This document shows positions 1 to 9,948 of a DNA stretch of 64,000 nt, one piece after another. The notes beneath the pieces are model-generated. The model was not told the DNA's origin, did no database searches, and saw only the letters and a list, made by a program, of their open reading frames with translations. The DNA comes from an uncultured Gammaproteobacteria bacterium (GTDB taxonomy: Bacteria > Patescibacteriota > Microgenomatia > Levybacterales > UBA12049), in assembly GCA_964416505.1 (NCBI GenBank), contig CAYQEJ010000001.1, forward strand, positions 1,692 through 65,691, in the 5' to 3' direction. Made by a program: the position numbers and the translations under genes. Each line of letters starts with the position of its first letter. Position 1 is the stretch's first letter.

Positions 1-432
1 ACACCTGACAGGTATAAAGCAGTAGCTATTGTTTCAGGATCAATTGGTGGAAAAGTTTATAAAAAAATTCCTCCATATATTATTCCTAATCCGAAAAAAC
101 CAATTTCAGTTTTGGTTATCCACGGCATGAAAGACAGCAGAATTCCCTATGAGGGCGGTTTGAATACCAAGAAGGATGGTTCTTTTAAATCATTTGAGGA
201 TTCTAAAGAGCTTTGGAAAAAAATAAATGAATGTTCAAATTCTATAAATTCTGAAAATAATTTAGTAATTCATGAATCTTCTCCAGACTGCAAAGACGGT
301 GTTAAATCAGAATTTTATTCAGTAAAAAGTGGTGGACATGTTTGGCCAGGAAGTGTTTTAGAAATAGTGAAAAAAATAAAGAATCAAAGTTTTCCTGCGA
401 CAGATGTTATCTGGAATTTTTTTAGATCATAA
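1..432 (+). CDS. alpha/beta-hydrolase, esterase/PHB-depolymerase-like (5'-partial, reading frame continues from the window edge)
   Basis: Frame 1 is open from base 1 (TPDRYKAVAIVSGSIGG...). The C-terminus carries 'VLVIHGMKD...P' and 'GGHVWPG', as in LpqC/PHB-depolymerase esterases. Confidence 0.4.
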   Translation, partial: TPDRYKAVAIVSGSIGGKVYKKIPPYIIPNPKKPISVLVIHGMKDSRIPYEGGLNTKKDGSFKSFEDSKELWKKINECSNSINSENNLVIHESSPDCKDGVKSEFYSVKSGGHVWPGSVLEIVKKIKNQSFPATDVIWNFFRS

Positions 433-457
433 TTTCTGAATAAATCTATCTTCACCT

Positions 458-486
458 AGCCTCGCAAGGCCTGGCCTTGCGAGGCT
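458..486. repeat. 29-bp perfect GC-rich palindrome AGCCTCGCAAGGCCTGGCCTTGCGAGGCT (copy 1)
   Basis: Exact inverted-repeat arms of 14 bp around a central T. Recurs six times in the window. Confidence 0.9.
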
Positions 487-528
487 ATTGATTCTCCTAG
501 CAAAATTGATTAAAATTTAGCGGTTAAT

Positions 529-942
529 ATGGGAAGAAGACATGTCGAAAATGGATTTTCACTACCGCATGGCCCGAATAATGGAGAACAAAGGCCTTTA
601 ACTCCCTTGCAAAGACTTTTAGCTTACCAATATGATATTGGACATAGAGAGGCTAGTGTTGGTTTGGGGCAAGGAGGATTCCATGGGACATCTGTGCGGG
701 CAGCAACTGCTTCTGAAGTTTCAACAGTGCTAAATGGAGGAAATCATCAGCCAATTGACTCCTCGCTTCCTAAAGCTTTCCGGCTAAGTCATGGAGATTA
801 TGCTAGAGCAGCCAAACAAAGATATGCTGTTCCAGATCAGCCACCGGTTCCTTTTGAAGCAGATTTCGCAGCTCAGAAAGCAGATAGAGAGAGAAGGAAG
901 CTTGCGGAAAGAGATCGCAAGAAGCAAAGAAGAACAGGCTAA
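529..942 (+). CDS. hypothetical protein with GC-richer, atypical composition, lying between palindrome copies 1 and 2
   Basis: Complete ORF of 137 aa, rich in R/P/G/A, unlike the K/I/N-rich backbone proteins. A TTGATT-17-TAAAAT promoter lies just upstream. Confidence 0.45.
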   Translation: MGRRHVENGFSLPHGPNNGEQRPLTPLQRLLAYQYDIGHREASVGLGQGGFHGTSVRAATASEVSTVLNGGNHQPIDSSLPKAFRLSHGDYARAAKQRYAVPDQPPVPFEADFAAQKADRERRKLAERDRKKQRRTG

Positions 943-955
943 TTAAAAAAAGATT

Positions 956-984
956 AGCCTCGCAAGGCCTGGCCTTGCGAGGCT
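956..984. repeat. 29-bp palindrome (copy 2)
   Basis: Identical to copy 1. Confidence 0.9.
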
Positions 985-1020
985 GGAACTTACTACGGAT
1001 TTCTGTTAAAATCCACGTTT

Positions 1021-1704
1021 ATGTTAGAGATTGGTTATTTTCCAGATGTAAGCTTTACGTCTTTACCTCCTAGGCCGGAGCCTGAGGTAAATAAAGATAG
1101 AGCAAATTTACTAAAAGCAGATACCAGTAGAAAATCAGATGTAGAATGTGAAGTTGTTCTCTCCAGATTCAAAGGCGTTTTACATAATATGAGCGCTGAA
1201 ATGGGAGTAGCACTACCTTTAGATGGACGAAACATTTATTTTTTACCTGAAGAAACATTTATGCAAGTGGTCGATCAAGGTAGCCTTAGAGGAAGATATA
1301 GCGAATACATAATTAATAGTATTGTAGGATATACGAGGAGATTTCCCGATGGAACTTTTGATACTTACATTTTAGGTTCTGGTGAAGGCAGGGTCCCAAA
1401 TGAAGATCAAGCGATAATAACTTTGGGACATGAATATGGTCATACTATTGGTCCTTTTCTCGGTCCCCTTGAGGAGGAAGTGAAAGCTTATGCATTTCAG
1501 GCAATGTTCCTAAAACATGCATTTAGAGGAAATCCGCATAATTTAGATCAGGGTTTGTATCCAACCAGAATTCACGATGTTGCCAAGAATAGAATCGCAC
1601 AGTTAAGATCGAGAGATTTTCCCATGGAAGCAGTGATTGCTCATTTAAATGGCCAAAATTTTGGAAATTACAGACCTGATAGTAACATGAGTCTTCCCCA
1701 TTAA
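1021..1704 (+). CDS. hypothetical protein with HExxH (HEYGH) zinc-metallopeptidase-like motif
   Basis: 'ITLGHEYGHTIG' motif. Intermediate GC. Starts 37 bp after palindrome copy 2, with a TAAAAT hexamer 8 nt before the ATG. Confidence 0.45.
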   Translation: MLEIGYFPDVSFTSLPPRPEPEVNKDRANLLKADTSRKSDVECEVVLSRFKGVLHNMSAEMGVALPLDGRNIYFLPEETFMQVVDQGSLRGRYSEYIINSIVGYTRRFPDGTFDTYILGSGEGRVPNEDQAIITLGHEYGHTIGPFLGPLEEEVKAYAFQAMFLKHAFRGNPHNLDQGLYPTRIHDVAKNRIAQLRSRDFPMEAVIAHLNGQNFGNYRPDSNMSLPH

Positions 1705-1721
1705 TTTGCTATACTAAATTT

Positions 1722-1946
1722 ATGTTTCTCTTGACTCTTCCCATGAAGATCTTTGGTTTGACGGGAACCATAGTGCTTGCTGTAATTTTGTATTGGCTTT
1801 TTATCGGAACTGGCATGAATATAGATAGAGGTAAAAACTGTACGGCTTTTATGGCTCAATCTGCTAAAAATCCGGTTTCAGGAAAAACTAAAATTTTCGG
1901 GTCTATGTGTGAGGTGCCTATTGGTTGGCAAAAAGTTACCAAGTAA
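1722..1946 (+). CDS. small hypothetical membrane protein
   Basis: 74-aa ORF with one hydrophobic segment. TGcTATACT sits 6 nt upstream of the ATG. Confidence 0.3.
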   Translation: MFLLTLPMKIFGLTGTIVLAVILYWLFIGTGMNIDRGKNCTAFMAQSAKNPVSGKTKIFGSMCEVPIGWQKVTK

Positions 1947-2519
1947 TTATTTTTTTTCTACAGAATCCAAAAGTAATACGCTAGCTTCTGTAAATGATCC
2001 CGCAATACCGTCATCAAGTTTTATGTCTGATCCTTCAAGATCAATTCCCATTACTCTTCCAAGCTCAACGTTATCCATGATTCTTACTTTTCCTTTAAGA
2101 TGTACATTTTCAAGTTCTCCGATTCCTAGCTCTTTGCCTTCGGTATCCTTAGGAAGTTCAAAATTTCTAGGTGCGACCACGATTAATTGTCTACCGCCTC
2201 CGAGTAAGCTTGTATTATTTCCAACTGTGAATACTCTTTTTGTAATCCAGTCAGTAACTTTTGAATCAACTTCAACAGTAAGACCGTCATAAACAAGTGG
2301 ATCACTCATGATATTTGCCACAGGAATGAGCGCTTTATTAGCTACGATTGGGGTTCTGGAATTGCTTTGTTTATTCGTATTTGATACAACAGGCTGAATT
2401 CGGCTTAAAATGAAAAGCACGATAAAAACGACTATAAATAGTACGACACCGATGGTTATAAGAATTTCTCTACGTCCCATAGTATTGCATATTATAGGGT
2501 ATTTTTTAAAAAAAATCAA
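1947..2519 (-). CDS. hypothetical membrane-anchored protein (start possibly at internal Met 2480)
   Basis: N-terminal TM helix followed by a soluble domain. No family recognised. Confidence 0.4.
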   Translation of the reverse strand: MIFFKKYPIICNTMGRREILITIGVVLFIVVFIVLFILSRIQPVVSNTNKQSNSRTPIVANKALIPVANIMSDPLVYDGLTVEVDSKVTDWITKRVFTVGNNTSLLGGGRQLIVVAPRNFELPKDTEGKELGIGELENVHLKGKVRIMDNVELGRVMGIDLEGSDIKLDDGIAGSFTEASVLLLDSVEKK

Positions 2520-2548
2520 GTCCCGGTAATAGATGGTATAATGATTTT

Positions 2549-2998
2549 ATGTCAGAATTAACGCCAGACTTAGTTAGCTCACCTGTGCAAGAGCCAAGAG
2601 CAACTGTCCAGCCTCAGGTGTTTTATGATTCGGAAAATGGTCAAACAACACAGAGACCAGATCATGTAGGTGATTTTTCAGTTTTAATTAATCATGGAAA
2701 ATCGCCTGAACCTGAAGGGTATTTATTTGCAACTTTCATGGAAGATTTAAGAACAGTTAGAATCCAAGTCATTAGTGTAGACGAGCAAGAAAACCGCGGA
2801 AAAGGTTATGGCACTCAATTAGTTAGATCTGCAGAAGGAATAGCAAGAGAAATTGGCGCAAGTGAAATTGAGGGATTTATTGTACCAAATCCTGGGAATT
2901 CAAGGCCATTTTTCGAAAAAATGGGTTACACTATTACACAAGATAAAAGATCTGGGAGTATGAATTATCGAGTTTCAAAGGTTTTAGAAAGGAGGTGA
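2549..2998 (+). CDS. GNAT-family N-acetyltransferase
   Basis: 'ENRGKGYGTQLV' resembles the Q/RxxGxG/A acetyl-CoA motif, and 'FFEKMGY' is also typical. A TATAAT lies 6 nt before the ATG, so the transcript is leaderless. Confidence 0.5.
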   Translation: MSELTPDLVSSPVQEPRATVQPQVFYDSENGQTTQRPDHVGDFSVLINHGKSPEPEGYLFATFMEDLRTVRIQVISVDEQENRGKGYGTQLVRSAEGIAREIGASEIEGFIVPNPGNSRPFFEKMGYTITQDKRSGSMNYRVSKVLERR

Positions 2999-3001
2999 AT
3001 T

Positions 3002-3244
3002 ATGGGTATAATTTCTTGGATTATAGTTGGTCTTTTAGCAGGATGGATAGCCTCAATTATAATGAAGACAAATGAGGAGCAAGGTTTTATAAAAGACATT
3101 GTTTTTGGTGTAATCGGAGCATTTGTTGGAGGGTTTATAATGAATTTTCTGGGATATAGTGGAGTGACTGGACTTAACGTTTATAGCATAGGTGTGGCAA
3201 CTCTGGGAGCTGTTATAGTTATTTTTATCGGAAGAAGATTTTAA
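3002..3244 (+). CDS. GlsB/YeaQ/YmgE-family transglycosylase-associated membrane protein
   Basis: 80 aa with a G-rich double-TM pattern ('GIISWIIVGLLAGWIAS', 'GVIGAFVGGF'). SD AGGAGGTG upstream. Confidence 0.7.
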   Translation: MGIISWIIVGLLAGWIASIIMKTNEEQGFIKDIVFGVIGAFVGGFIMNFLGYSGVTGLNVYSIGVATLGAVIVIFIGRRF

Positions 3245-3246
3245 TT

Positions 3247-4416
3247 TTAAATCCTCTTTTTTATAAAAGACGTGATTTTCCTAACTTTTTTGGTTTTTCC
3301 TTCTTCGTAGTTTGGAATTTCAAATTCATCTTTTATATCTCCTACTAGGCTCTCAACTAGATCTTCAAGTGTTATAAGACCAACAGTTTTATTTTTATCA
3401 TTTTTTACAATTGCCATATGAACTCTTTTTTCTCGAAGAAGAATCATGGCATCATCTATTTTTTTGTTTTCAGAAATCTTGGGAATTTCTCTTATGATGT
3501 TCATTTTTGATAGCTTTCTATCTCTGTTTCTGGTTAAAAAATTTAAATAAATTTCTCTAAAACTTTCAAATTTACTTTGAGTGAATAAATTTTTATAGAC
3601 GTCTTTGACATGAATAAATCCGATAATATTGTCTATATCTTCTACGAATACCGGGAATCTACTATGTGGATGTTTTTGGAAAACTTTAATTAGATTCTTT
3701 AGTTCTGTTCCCTTTTCGAAAGAGATTATTTTGCTTCTTGGGATCATAATTTTACTTACAGGTGTGTCCCCTAGTTTTAAAACGCTATAAACCATTTCTG
3801 CTTCATTTTTTTCGATTGCACCCTCTTGTGCGCTTTCAGCCAGTATCATTTTTATCTCCTCCTCTGAGTGAACTAAGGAGTGTCCCGATGGAGCATTGAA
3901 GCCTACGAGTTTGAGAACTAAGATTCCTGCGCCATTAAGAACGAAAATAAATGGTTTAAATATTTTTGCGAAAAGAATAAGAGGCCTTATTATTAACAGA
4001 GATGTTTTTTCAGCTTTTTGAAGCGCTATGGATTTAGGAGCAAGTTCTCCTAAAACAATATGAAGAAATGTAATAATCGAAAATGCTACTCCAAATGCTG
4101 CAGCATGAGCGGAAATAAAAGCTAAATTTTTACTTAAAAAATTGCTAAAATATTTTTCAAAAAAATGTGCTAAAAAAGGTTCCCCTACCCATCCTAAAGC
4201 TAAGCTTGCAAGAGTGATCCCAAGCTGAGTTGCGGAAATATAAGTTTCAATATCATTTAAAGCTTTTTGGACGAGAAATGCTGATTTATTTCCTTTTTTA
4301 ACTAGTTCATCTATTCTGGTTTTTCTTATGGCAACTAACGCAAATTCAGAAGCAACAAAAAATCCGTTGAGGAATACCAAAAGAGCTATTAAAGCTAATT
4401 GAGGAATTATTTCCAT
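3247..4416 (-). CDS. CNNM (DUF21) transmembrane domain plus CBS pair; HlyC/CorC (TlyC)-type transporter
   Basis: N-terminal 4-TM DUF21 ('LNGFFVASEFALVA'), then tandem CBS-like segments. Confidence 0.7.
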   Translation of the reverse strand: MEIIPQLALIALLVFLNGFFVASEFALVAIRKTRIDELVKKGNKSAFLVQKALNDIETYISATQLGITLASLALGWVGEPFLAHFFEKYFSNFLSKNLAFISAHAAAFGVAFSIITFLHIVLGELAPKSIALQKAEKTSLLIIRPLILFAKIFKPFIFVLNGAGILVLKLVGFNAPSGHSLVHSEEEIKMILAESAQEGAIEKNEAEMVYSVLKLGDTPVSKIMIPRSKIISFEKGTELKNLIKVFQKHPHSRFPVFVEDIDNIIGFIHVKDVYKNLFTQSKFESFREIYLNFLTRNRDRKLSKMNIIREIPKISENKKIDDAMILLREKRVHMAIVKNDKNKTVGLITLEDLVESLVGDIKDEFEIPNYEEGKTKKVRKITSFIKKRI

Positions 4417-4500
4417 TAATCCAAGAGTATAGCATATTTTCGTAATTTAACCTCAAAACCCCCATTTTTCAGGGAGTTTTGAGAACTTGATGGATTTAAA

Positions 4501-5010
4501 TTACCTTGGTCCATGAGGACCTCCATATTTCATAAATTTACCTCCCATGAGATAATTTATGTCTATTCCATTTTCTTTTGCCCAAGCTTCAAGATCAGTT
4601 TTTTCTTTTTCCATTTGAGTTTTCATCTCTTCTGGAGTTTTATTTTTAAAACTGTCTTTATTGGCTTCATGCTTTTCTTTTAGCTCTTTCTGCTTATTTA
4701 TTATTAGTGTTTTTTGAGCTTCTGTGATCTTGCTATCTTTGACTAATTGATTTAGTTTTTCTTCCTGCTTTTTTTGCATTTCAGCCTGCCTAGCTGATCT
4801 TTCTTCATCAAATACTTTTTGAACCTCATCCTTATTGAGTCCAAATTTATCTGCTATTTTCTGAACGATTGCATCATGTGGATTTGATGAATCTGCAGCG
4901 GAAGCGTTTGTAACTGTCAGGAGCCCTCCGGCGAGAACAGCAAGCGCCATTACTGGAAAAATTAGTTTTTTGTTTTTAATATTATTCACCTCCTTTCCAT
5001 GTTTTATCAT
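4501..5010 (-). CDS. secreted coiled-coil hypothetical protein
   Basis: Signal peptide 'LIFPVMALAVLAGGLLTVTNASA', followed by a K/E-rich heptad region. Confidence 0.45.
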   Translation of the reverse strand: MIKHGKEVNNIKNKKLIFPVMALAVLAGGLLTVTNASAADSSNPHDAIVQKIADKFGLNKDEVQKVFDEERSARQAEMQKKQEEKLNQLVKDSKITEAQKTLIINKQKELKEKHEANKDSFKNKTPEEMKTQMEKEKTDLEAWAKENGIDINYLMGGKFMKYGGPHGPR

Positions 5011-5070
5011 AAAACCATATTAGTAGGTTAATCTGAAAAATGGCTTATCATGCATATCCTATAATATTTT

Positions 5071-5099
5071 AGCCTCGCAAGGCCTGGCCTTGCGAGGCT
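5071..5099. repeat. 29-bp palindrome (copy 3)
   Basis: Identical to copy 1. Preceded by 'ATCCTATAATATTTT'. Its right arm TTGCGA sits 17 nt from TAGAAT and 6 nt before the ATG of the 5125 ORF. Confidence 0.9.
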
Positions 5100-5124
5100 A
5101 AATGGTTTTTGCTAGAATCTGCAC

Positions 5125-5460
5125 ATGGTAGAACATGAAGGACATCATGAGGAGGGACAAGACCCAAGATTTAGAGGTAGGTTTGCTGGAGCTGAAAGAT
5201 TGACTCCTCCTCAAATCGACGCACCCGTCAGCGGTAGCTCCTTTTATGGAAATCCAGTTTCAGAACTTCCACACCCAGCACTTCCTGATGTTTTTAGATT
5301 TAATTTAAGAGATATGAAAACATTAATAGCTTCATGGAATGTTCTTGGCGCTATGTCTATTTTATCGAATGCTCAAGCTAGTGGAGAAGTAAATATTCAA
5401 AGAGTAGTTGTAGTTGGAGCACTAGCTGTAGCATCGATTTTCGTAGCCTCTGATAGATAA
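5125..5460 (+). CDS. hypothetical protein, atypical composition (inside palindrome-bounded cassette)
   Basis: 111 aa; His/Glu-rich N-terminus and GC-richer codons. Confidence 0.35.
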   Translation: MVEHEGHHEEGQDPRFRGRFAGAERLTPPQIDAPVSGSSFYGNPVSELPHPALPDVFRFNLRDMKTLIASWNVLGAMSILSNAQASGEVNIQRVVVVGALAVASIFVASDR

Positions 5461-5462
5461 AT

Positions 5463-6134
5463 TTACTGGATATCTGTTTCAATTGAAACCACACCGTTTA
5501 TCGTAGCTCTTTGTACTATAGTTGAGTCCCCTTCTATACCTACTCTTTGAAAATATGGAAGATTAGGATCATTTACATAATCAGGAGTTAAGTTAGTTAT
5601 TTCTTCTGGTATTAGAAAATAATCATTCATTGCATGTAATAAAAAATCAGGCTGAAATGTATAGGAAAAAAGAATAGATTCTTGTTGAGGATTGGTAAGT
5701 TTTCCTTCTTCATTGAAGTTTAGAGATAAAGATGTCCGTAGTCTTCCCGGATTTAATTCAGCAGAATCTTCTACTATTAAAAAAACAGACCAGTCATTAG
5801 GCGTGCTTGCGGAAATTGGCTTTTGACCATATAAATATCTATGAACCGGAGCTTGATCTAGGGGAGCGCCTGGATCTTTAAAGAGGTCATGGGAGAAATA
5901 ATCTTGTGGCTTATCAATAAGTCTTTGTCTAAAAGTAGCCCAGAATTCAGGTTCCTGAGATTTGTCAACCAATTGATCTATAGCATCAACAAGAATTTGA
6001 TATTCAGGCCTTATGCTTTCTCCTTTTGAAGATTGTTCAGGGGAAGGATGAGGTTCATTAGCAGAAACAGCAACTGGAACTCCAAGCATCGTGAATGCTA
6101 TACCTAGAGCAGCTGATCTTTCTTTCCAGCCCAC
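5463..6134 (-). CDS. secreted hypothetical protein, atypical composition (inside palindrome-bounded cassette)
   Basis: Sec-type signal 'AALGIAFTMLGVPVAVSANEP'. Convergent with the 5125 ORF. Confidence 0.4.
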   Translation of the reverse strand: MGWKERSAALGIAFTMLGVPVAVSANEPHPSPEQSSKGESIRPEYQILVDAIDQLVDKSQEPEFWATFRQRLIDKPQDYFSHDLFKDPGAPLDQAPVHRYLYGQKPISASTPNDWSVFLIVEDSAELNPGRLRTSLSLNFNEEGKLTNPQQESILFSYTFQPDFLLHAMNDYFLIPEEITNLTPDYVNDPNLPYFQRVGIEGDSTIVQRATINGVVSIETDIQ

Positions 6135-6196
6135 GGTAAGATTATATTTAATAATTGATATCTGTCAAGCGTGAATAATGGATCTTATAGTTCGCT

Positions 6197-6225
6197 AGCC
6201 TTGCAAGGCCAGGCCTTGCGAGGCT
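6197..6225. repeat. 29-bp palindrome (copy 4, 2-nt variant AGCCTTGCAAGGCCAGGCCTTGCGAGGCT)
   Basis: Same element with TCG->TTG and CCTGG->CCAGG. Confidence 0.85.
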
Positions 6226-6238
6226 AAGAATATAGGTC

Positions 6239-7267
6239 TTAGCCTTTTAGAGGAAAACTAACTATGAATTTGGATCCTTCTTCCAGTTTACTTTCTACTG
6301 AGATTGAGCCATTGTGGAGGTCGGTAATTTTTTTTGCAATCGAAAGGCCAAGTCCATATCCTTTTTCATTTCTTGATTTGTCACTTCTGTAAAATCTATC
6401 AAAAATATGTGGTAAATCCTTTTCTGAAATACCAATCCCTTGATCTATTATTTGAATCTGTGCTCTTCCCTTTTCCGTGTCTGAATTAATTTTTATGGTT
6501 TGGCCGTTTTTTGAATACTTTATAGCATTGTCAATTAAGATTACAAATAATTCGGTTAATCTGTCACTTACTCCAATTATTTTTGTATTCTTAATATTTT
6601 TTTCCAATTTAATATTTTTTTTCTTTGCAAAAATTTCTGTTTTTTTAATTGCTATTTCTAGTATTTCTTTTATAGATATTTCTTTTAAGTTATTTTTATT
6701 AACTAATTTTCCATTCTGGGCTAGCTCTAGAAGATTATTGGATAATGTTTGAAGTCCAATAGTTTCTTCGAGATTACTTTTTAATACGCTTTTTGATTGT
6801 TTTAAAGACAGATTTTTATTTCTTAAAGCTACTTCTATTTCTGTTCTTAGAGTTGCAATGGGAGTTCTAAGTTCGTGTGAGGAATCAGAAATAAATCTCT
6901 TTTGCTCATCCATCATTTCTTTTATGGGTTTTAATGTTCTCCCAGCCAAGAAATATCCTGAAATTCCTGCAATTGCTAGAATTGATAGATTAATAAAACC
7001 AAGCATTATTAGGAATCTTTCTCGGGCCTTTTGGATTGTATCGGAGTCATCTTGTGTAAAAATAATAAAATCTTTTCTATGATTTTCATTAGGTGGAAGC
7101 ATGAATAACTTTTTTTGATAATCTTTACTTATTCTATCTTCCATTCTTTCAAATCTATCAAATTCCATATTTGCACTTTGATAAATTACCAAGCTAAAAA
7201 GCAGGCTGATAGACATTATTATTACTAAGTACCAAGCAGTTAATTTAATTCTAGCTTTCTCAAACAT
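6239..7267 (-). CDS. sensor histidine kinase
   Basis: Two N-terminal TM segments, an H-box 'SHELRTPIATL', and a G-box 'GYGLGLSIAKKITDLHNGSISVES'. Confidence 0.85.
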   Translation of the reverse strand: MFEKARIKLTAWYLVIIMSISLLFSLVIYQSANMEFDRFERMEDRISKDYQKKLFMLPPNENHRKDFIIFTQDDSDTIQKARERFLIMLGFINLSILAIAGISGYFLAGRTLKPIKEMMDEQKRFISDSSHELRTPIATLRTEIEVALRNKNLSLKQSKSVLKSNLEETIGLQTLSNNLLELAQNGKLVNKNNLKEISIKEILEIAIKKTEIFAKKKNIKLEKNIKNTKIIGVSDRLTELFVILIDNAIKYSKNGQTIKINSDTEKGRAQIQIIDQGIGISEKDLPHIFDRFYRSDKSRNEKGYGLGLSIAKKITDLHNGSISVESKLEEGSKFIVSFPLKG

Positions 7268-7268
7268 A

Positions 7269-7928
7269 CTATGATTCTATTTTATATCCGAATCCCCTTA
7301 TTGTTTTAATGATTTCGGATTCATTCAATTTATCTCTCAAATGTTTTATGTATACTTCTACTGAATTAGGTAAAACATTACTTTCATAGTTCCAGACATG
7401 TGCGATGATCTGTTCTTTTTTGATTGTTTGATTCGGATGCCTCATGAGATATTCCAAAAGTGAAAATTCTTTATTTGATAGGTCAATTATTTTTCCTTTT
7501 TTTCTAACCTCAAAACTTACTGGATTTAGCTCTATATCTCTTATCTTCAGGACTGATCCGTTTGAATTTTTAGGTCTACGGGTTAAGGCGCGAATTCTAG
7601 CTAAAAGTTCGGTGAAGGCAAAAGGCTTAATCAGGTAATCATCTGCTCCGCTATCAAGACCTGTTATTTTATCTTCGATTTCACCTTTTGCTGTTAGGAA
7701 AAGAACGGGGGTGTGATTTTGTTTTTCTCTTATTTTTTTAAGGGTTTCAATTCCGTCAATTTTAGGAAGCATTCGGTCTAAAATTATAGCGTCGTATTCT
7801 TCTCCAAGGGCAAGATCTAAGCCCTCCTCCCCGTCATAAGCCACATCCACTGCGTATTTTTCTTGGGTTAAGCCTTGTTTTAGAGAGTTTGCAATTTTAT
7901 GTTCATCTTCTATTACAAGTATTCTCAT
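7269..7928 (-). CDS. OmpR-family response regulator
   Basis: Receiver 'MRILVIEDE...DAIILDRMLPKIDG' plus a winged-helix C-terminus. Adjacent to the kinase with a 1-nt gap. Confidence 0.9.
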   Translation of the reverse strand: MRILVIEDEHKIANSLKQGLTQEKYAVDVAYDGEEGLDLALGEEYDAIILDRMLPKIDGIETLKKIREKQNHTPVLFLTAKGEIEDKITGLDSGADDYLIKPFAFTELLARIRALTRRPKNSNGSVLKIRDIELNPVSFEVRKKGKIIDLSNKEFSLLEYLMRHPNQTIKKEQIIAHVWNYESNVLPNSVEVYIKHLRDKLNESEIIKTIRGFGYKIES

Positions 7929-7990
7929 GAGGCTAGATTATATCACTTTTCTGAAATTTCCCTGAAAATTTTATTTGATACAATATAAAT

Positions 7991-8449
7991 ATGTCAGATA
8001 TAGGTCCAGAATCAAGAAGTCGCGATTTATCTACAGTTACTATGCCGGAAGTTCCAGATCCCCAGAGGCTTACTTATGGCCAGTTTAAGAAAATGGATAT
8101 GTCGGAAGTTCAGCCTGGAGCAATCATAGGAGAGATAAGTCCCTCGAAATTATTTGCTAGTCAAACTTGGGTGGATTCGCAAAAGTTAGTTACTGCTTCA
8201 AATGCTGAAATGGGAGAAAGCCTGGATGTCCCAGTTTGGATTGGTGAGATTCCTATTAAAGACAGGCCAGGTCAATTTCAGAGAATAGTCGTATTGGGTG
8301 ATATGCATCATAGGACATTGAAAGCATGGCAGTTAGGATTAAAGGTAAATGGACATGTTATGGGAGTATTGCCAAAAGGACAAAGAGTAATTCCTTTTTC
8401 TACATTTAGAGTTAAGACAGGTGATCCTTTCGCTGGAATGCCCGAATAG
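7991..8449 (+). CDS. hypothetical protein, atypical composition
   Basis: 152 aa, no family recognised. TACAAT 6 nt before the ATG. Confidence 0.4.
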   Translation: MSDIGPESRSRDLSTVTMPEVPDPQRLTYGQFKKMDMSEVQPGAIIGEISPSKLFASQTWVDSQKLVTASNAEMGESLDVPVWIGEIPIKDRPGQFQRIVVLGDMHHRTLKAWQLGLKVNGHVMGVLPKGQRVIPFSTFRVKTGDPFAGMPE

Positions 8450-9616
8450 TTATTTCCTAACAAATAAAATTGCGTTTGGTATTGCTCGACCTGGACCTAC
8501 TCTATATCCTCCACTCCAAAGCGCAGTTGAGCCTCCACTATCTAGGTTAAGAGCATTTTGGATTCCCATGATTTGTAATACTCGAGCCATTTGCGCCGCA
8601 TTTACATTATGAACCACTCCTATGTATGCAGTTGACCCGCTTGATCCTACAAAGCTTCTTGATCCAGCTCCGGCTCTTTTAACCTCATCATCTCCTCCAA
8701 AAACTACTTGTCCAGCGGAAACCAAAAGAGGTTGATTTGCTAAAACAGAATCGATCCCAGTGTCTCTTCCCCATTGCGAACTAGCTCCGACAAATCTTGC
8801 AGAATTTCCTGAGAAAATTACAGCCGGAACATTTGAATAAATATTATTATCAGAATTAAAATATTTTTTATTTTTATTCATAAGAAGCGTATCAAATGAA
8901 TTTGTTTTTCCTGCGCAGGATGGGTATGATGCGGGACAGAAATATGATCCGTTTACACCGGCATAAGCTCCGCTTCTCCCTACATAATCTCCTAGATTTA
9001 GAACTGGACAATTGTCTTTGCAGTCTTCATCAGACGCAGTATCCACAATTACCCGTGTTGAATTTAGATCCGCTGCCACGATATCAACAACAAACTCTCC
9101 AAAATCAGTTTTAACTTTTTGCCTCGAATAGCCCGATCCTGGAGCGGTGTTGTTAACTACTACATTTGTAGTGTTTCCTACGGTATTTGAAGGCGCTGAT
9201 TTAGCAATGTCAGAATCAATTTTTGAATTTAACTTAGTTAAATCCGCTGAAGCAGATGAATAATTTCGATTAGATAATAGGCTCAAAATGCCTGCTAACG
9301 ATTTGTCATAATCAGACGTATTCTTTTTTTGATCCCTTAAGTCAACAACTTTTTCATAAGTCTTAATGGCGTCTTTATAAGTTTTTTCAATATTTTTAAT
9401 ATTTACTTCAAGAGTTTGATTTTTCTTGTATTGGTCTTCAGATTTAATTTTATTTAACTCTGAAACAGTTCTAATATTTAAATTTTTTTGGTTTTGTAAA
9501 TTCTTATATAAGACTGCGACCGAAATCACTGAAAGAGTCAGAAGCGCTATGGGAATTAGTATTAGTTTATTTGCGATTAAAGATTTAGGAAGATTTATAT
9601 TTAATTTTCCTGTCAT
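8450..9616 (-). CDS. phosphodiester glycosidase (NAGPA/DUF2233)-family protein, membrane-anchored
   Basis: N-terminal TM. 'NGSYF' and 'ALNLDSGGSTALW' resemble the NAGPA core 'NGGFF' and 'NLDGGGS'. Confidence 0.5.
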   Translation of the reverse strand: MTGKLNINLPKSLIANKLILIPIALLTLSVISVAVLYKNLQNQKNLNIRTVSELNKIKSEDQYKKNQTLEVNIKNIEKTYKDAIKTYEKVVDLRDQKKNTSDYDKSLAGILSLLSNRNYSSASADLTKLNSKIDSDIAKSAPSNTVGNTTNVVVNNTAPGSGYSRQKVKTDFGEFVVDIVAADLNSTRVIVDTASDEDCKDNCPVLNLGDYVGRSGAYAGVNGSYFCPASYPSCAGKTNSFDTLLMNKNKKYFNSDNNIYSNVPAVIFSGNSARFVGASSQWGRDTGIDSVLANQPLLVSAGQVVFGGDDEVKRAGAGSRSFVGSSGSTAYIGVVHNVNAAQMARVLQIMGIQNALNLDSGGSTALWSGGYRVGPGRAIPNAILFVRK

Positions 9617-9942
9617 TTCTTTTTATGAGAATCTTCAATATCTTTATGGAGCTCTTTTTTCAAATCATCTGCAGTTTTTTTAATTTTATCTTCAATGTGA
9701 TCCACCCTTTCAGTTAAAAGTTTCCAGATTTTTTCTTGATCATCTTCTGCTAGGAGTACTAAGAATTCCTGTTTGTCTTTTTCAGAAAGTTCCGATAAAA
9801 CTGAGTCTAGAATGGCATGATGAAGATTCTCTTGAGCAAGCTCAATGAGGTGTTTTCTTTCTTCTTGAGTAAGTTCCATCTCGGCCAGTGCAAGACTTAT
9901 TGATGAAGTTTCTACTACATGTGAATAAAAATGTGATTTCAT
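9613..9942 (-). CDS. hypothetical acidic helical protein
   Basis: 109 aa, E/K-rich. Confidence 0.35.
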   Translation of the reverse strand: MKSHFYSHVVETSSISLALAEMELTQEERKHLIELAQENLHHAILDSVLSELSEKDKQEFLVLLAEDDQEKIWKLLTERVDHIEDKIKKTADDLKKELHKDIEDSHKKK

Positions 9943-9948
9943 ATTAGT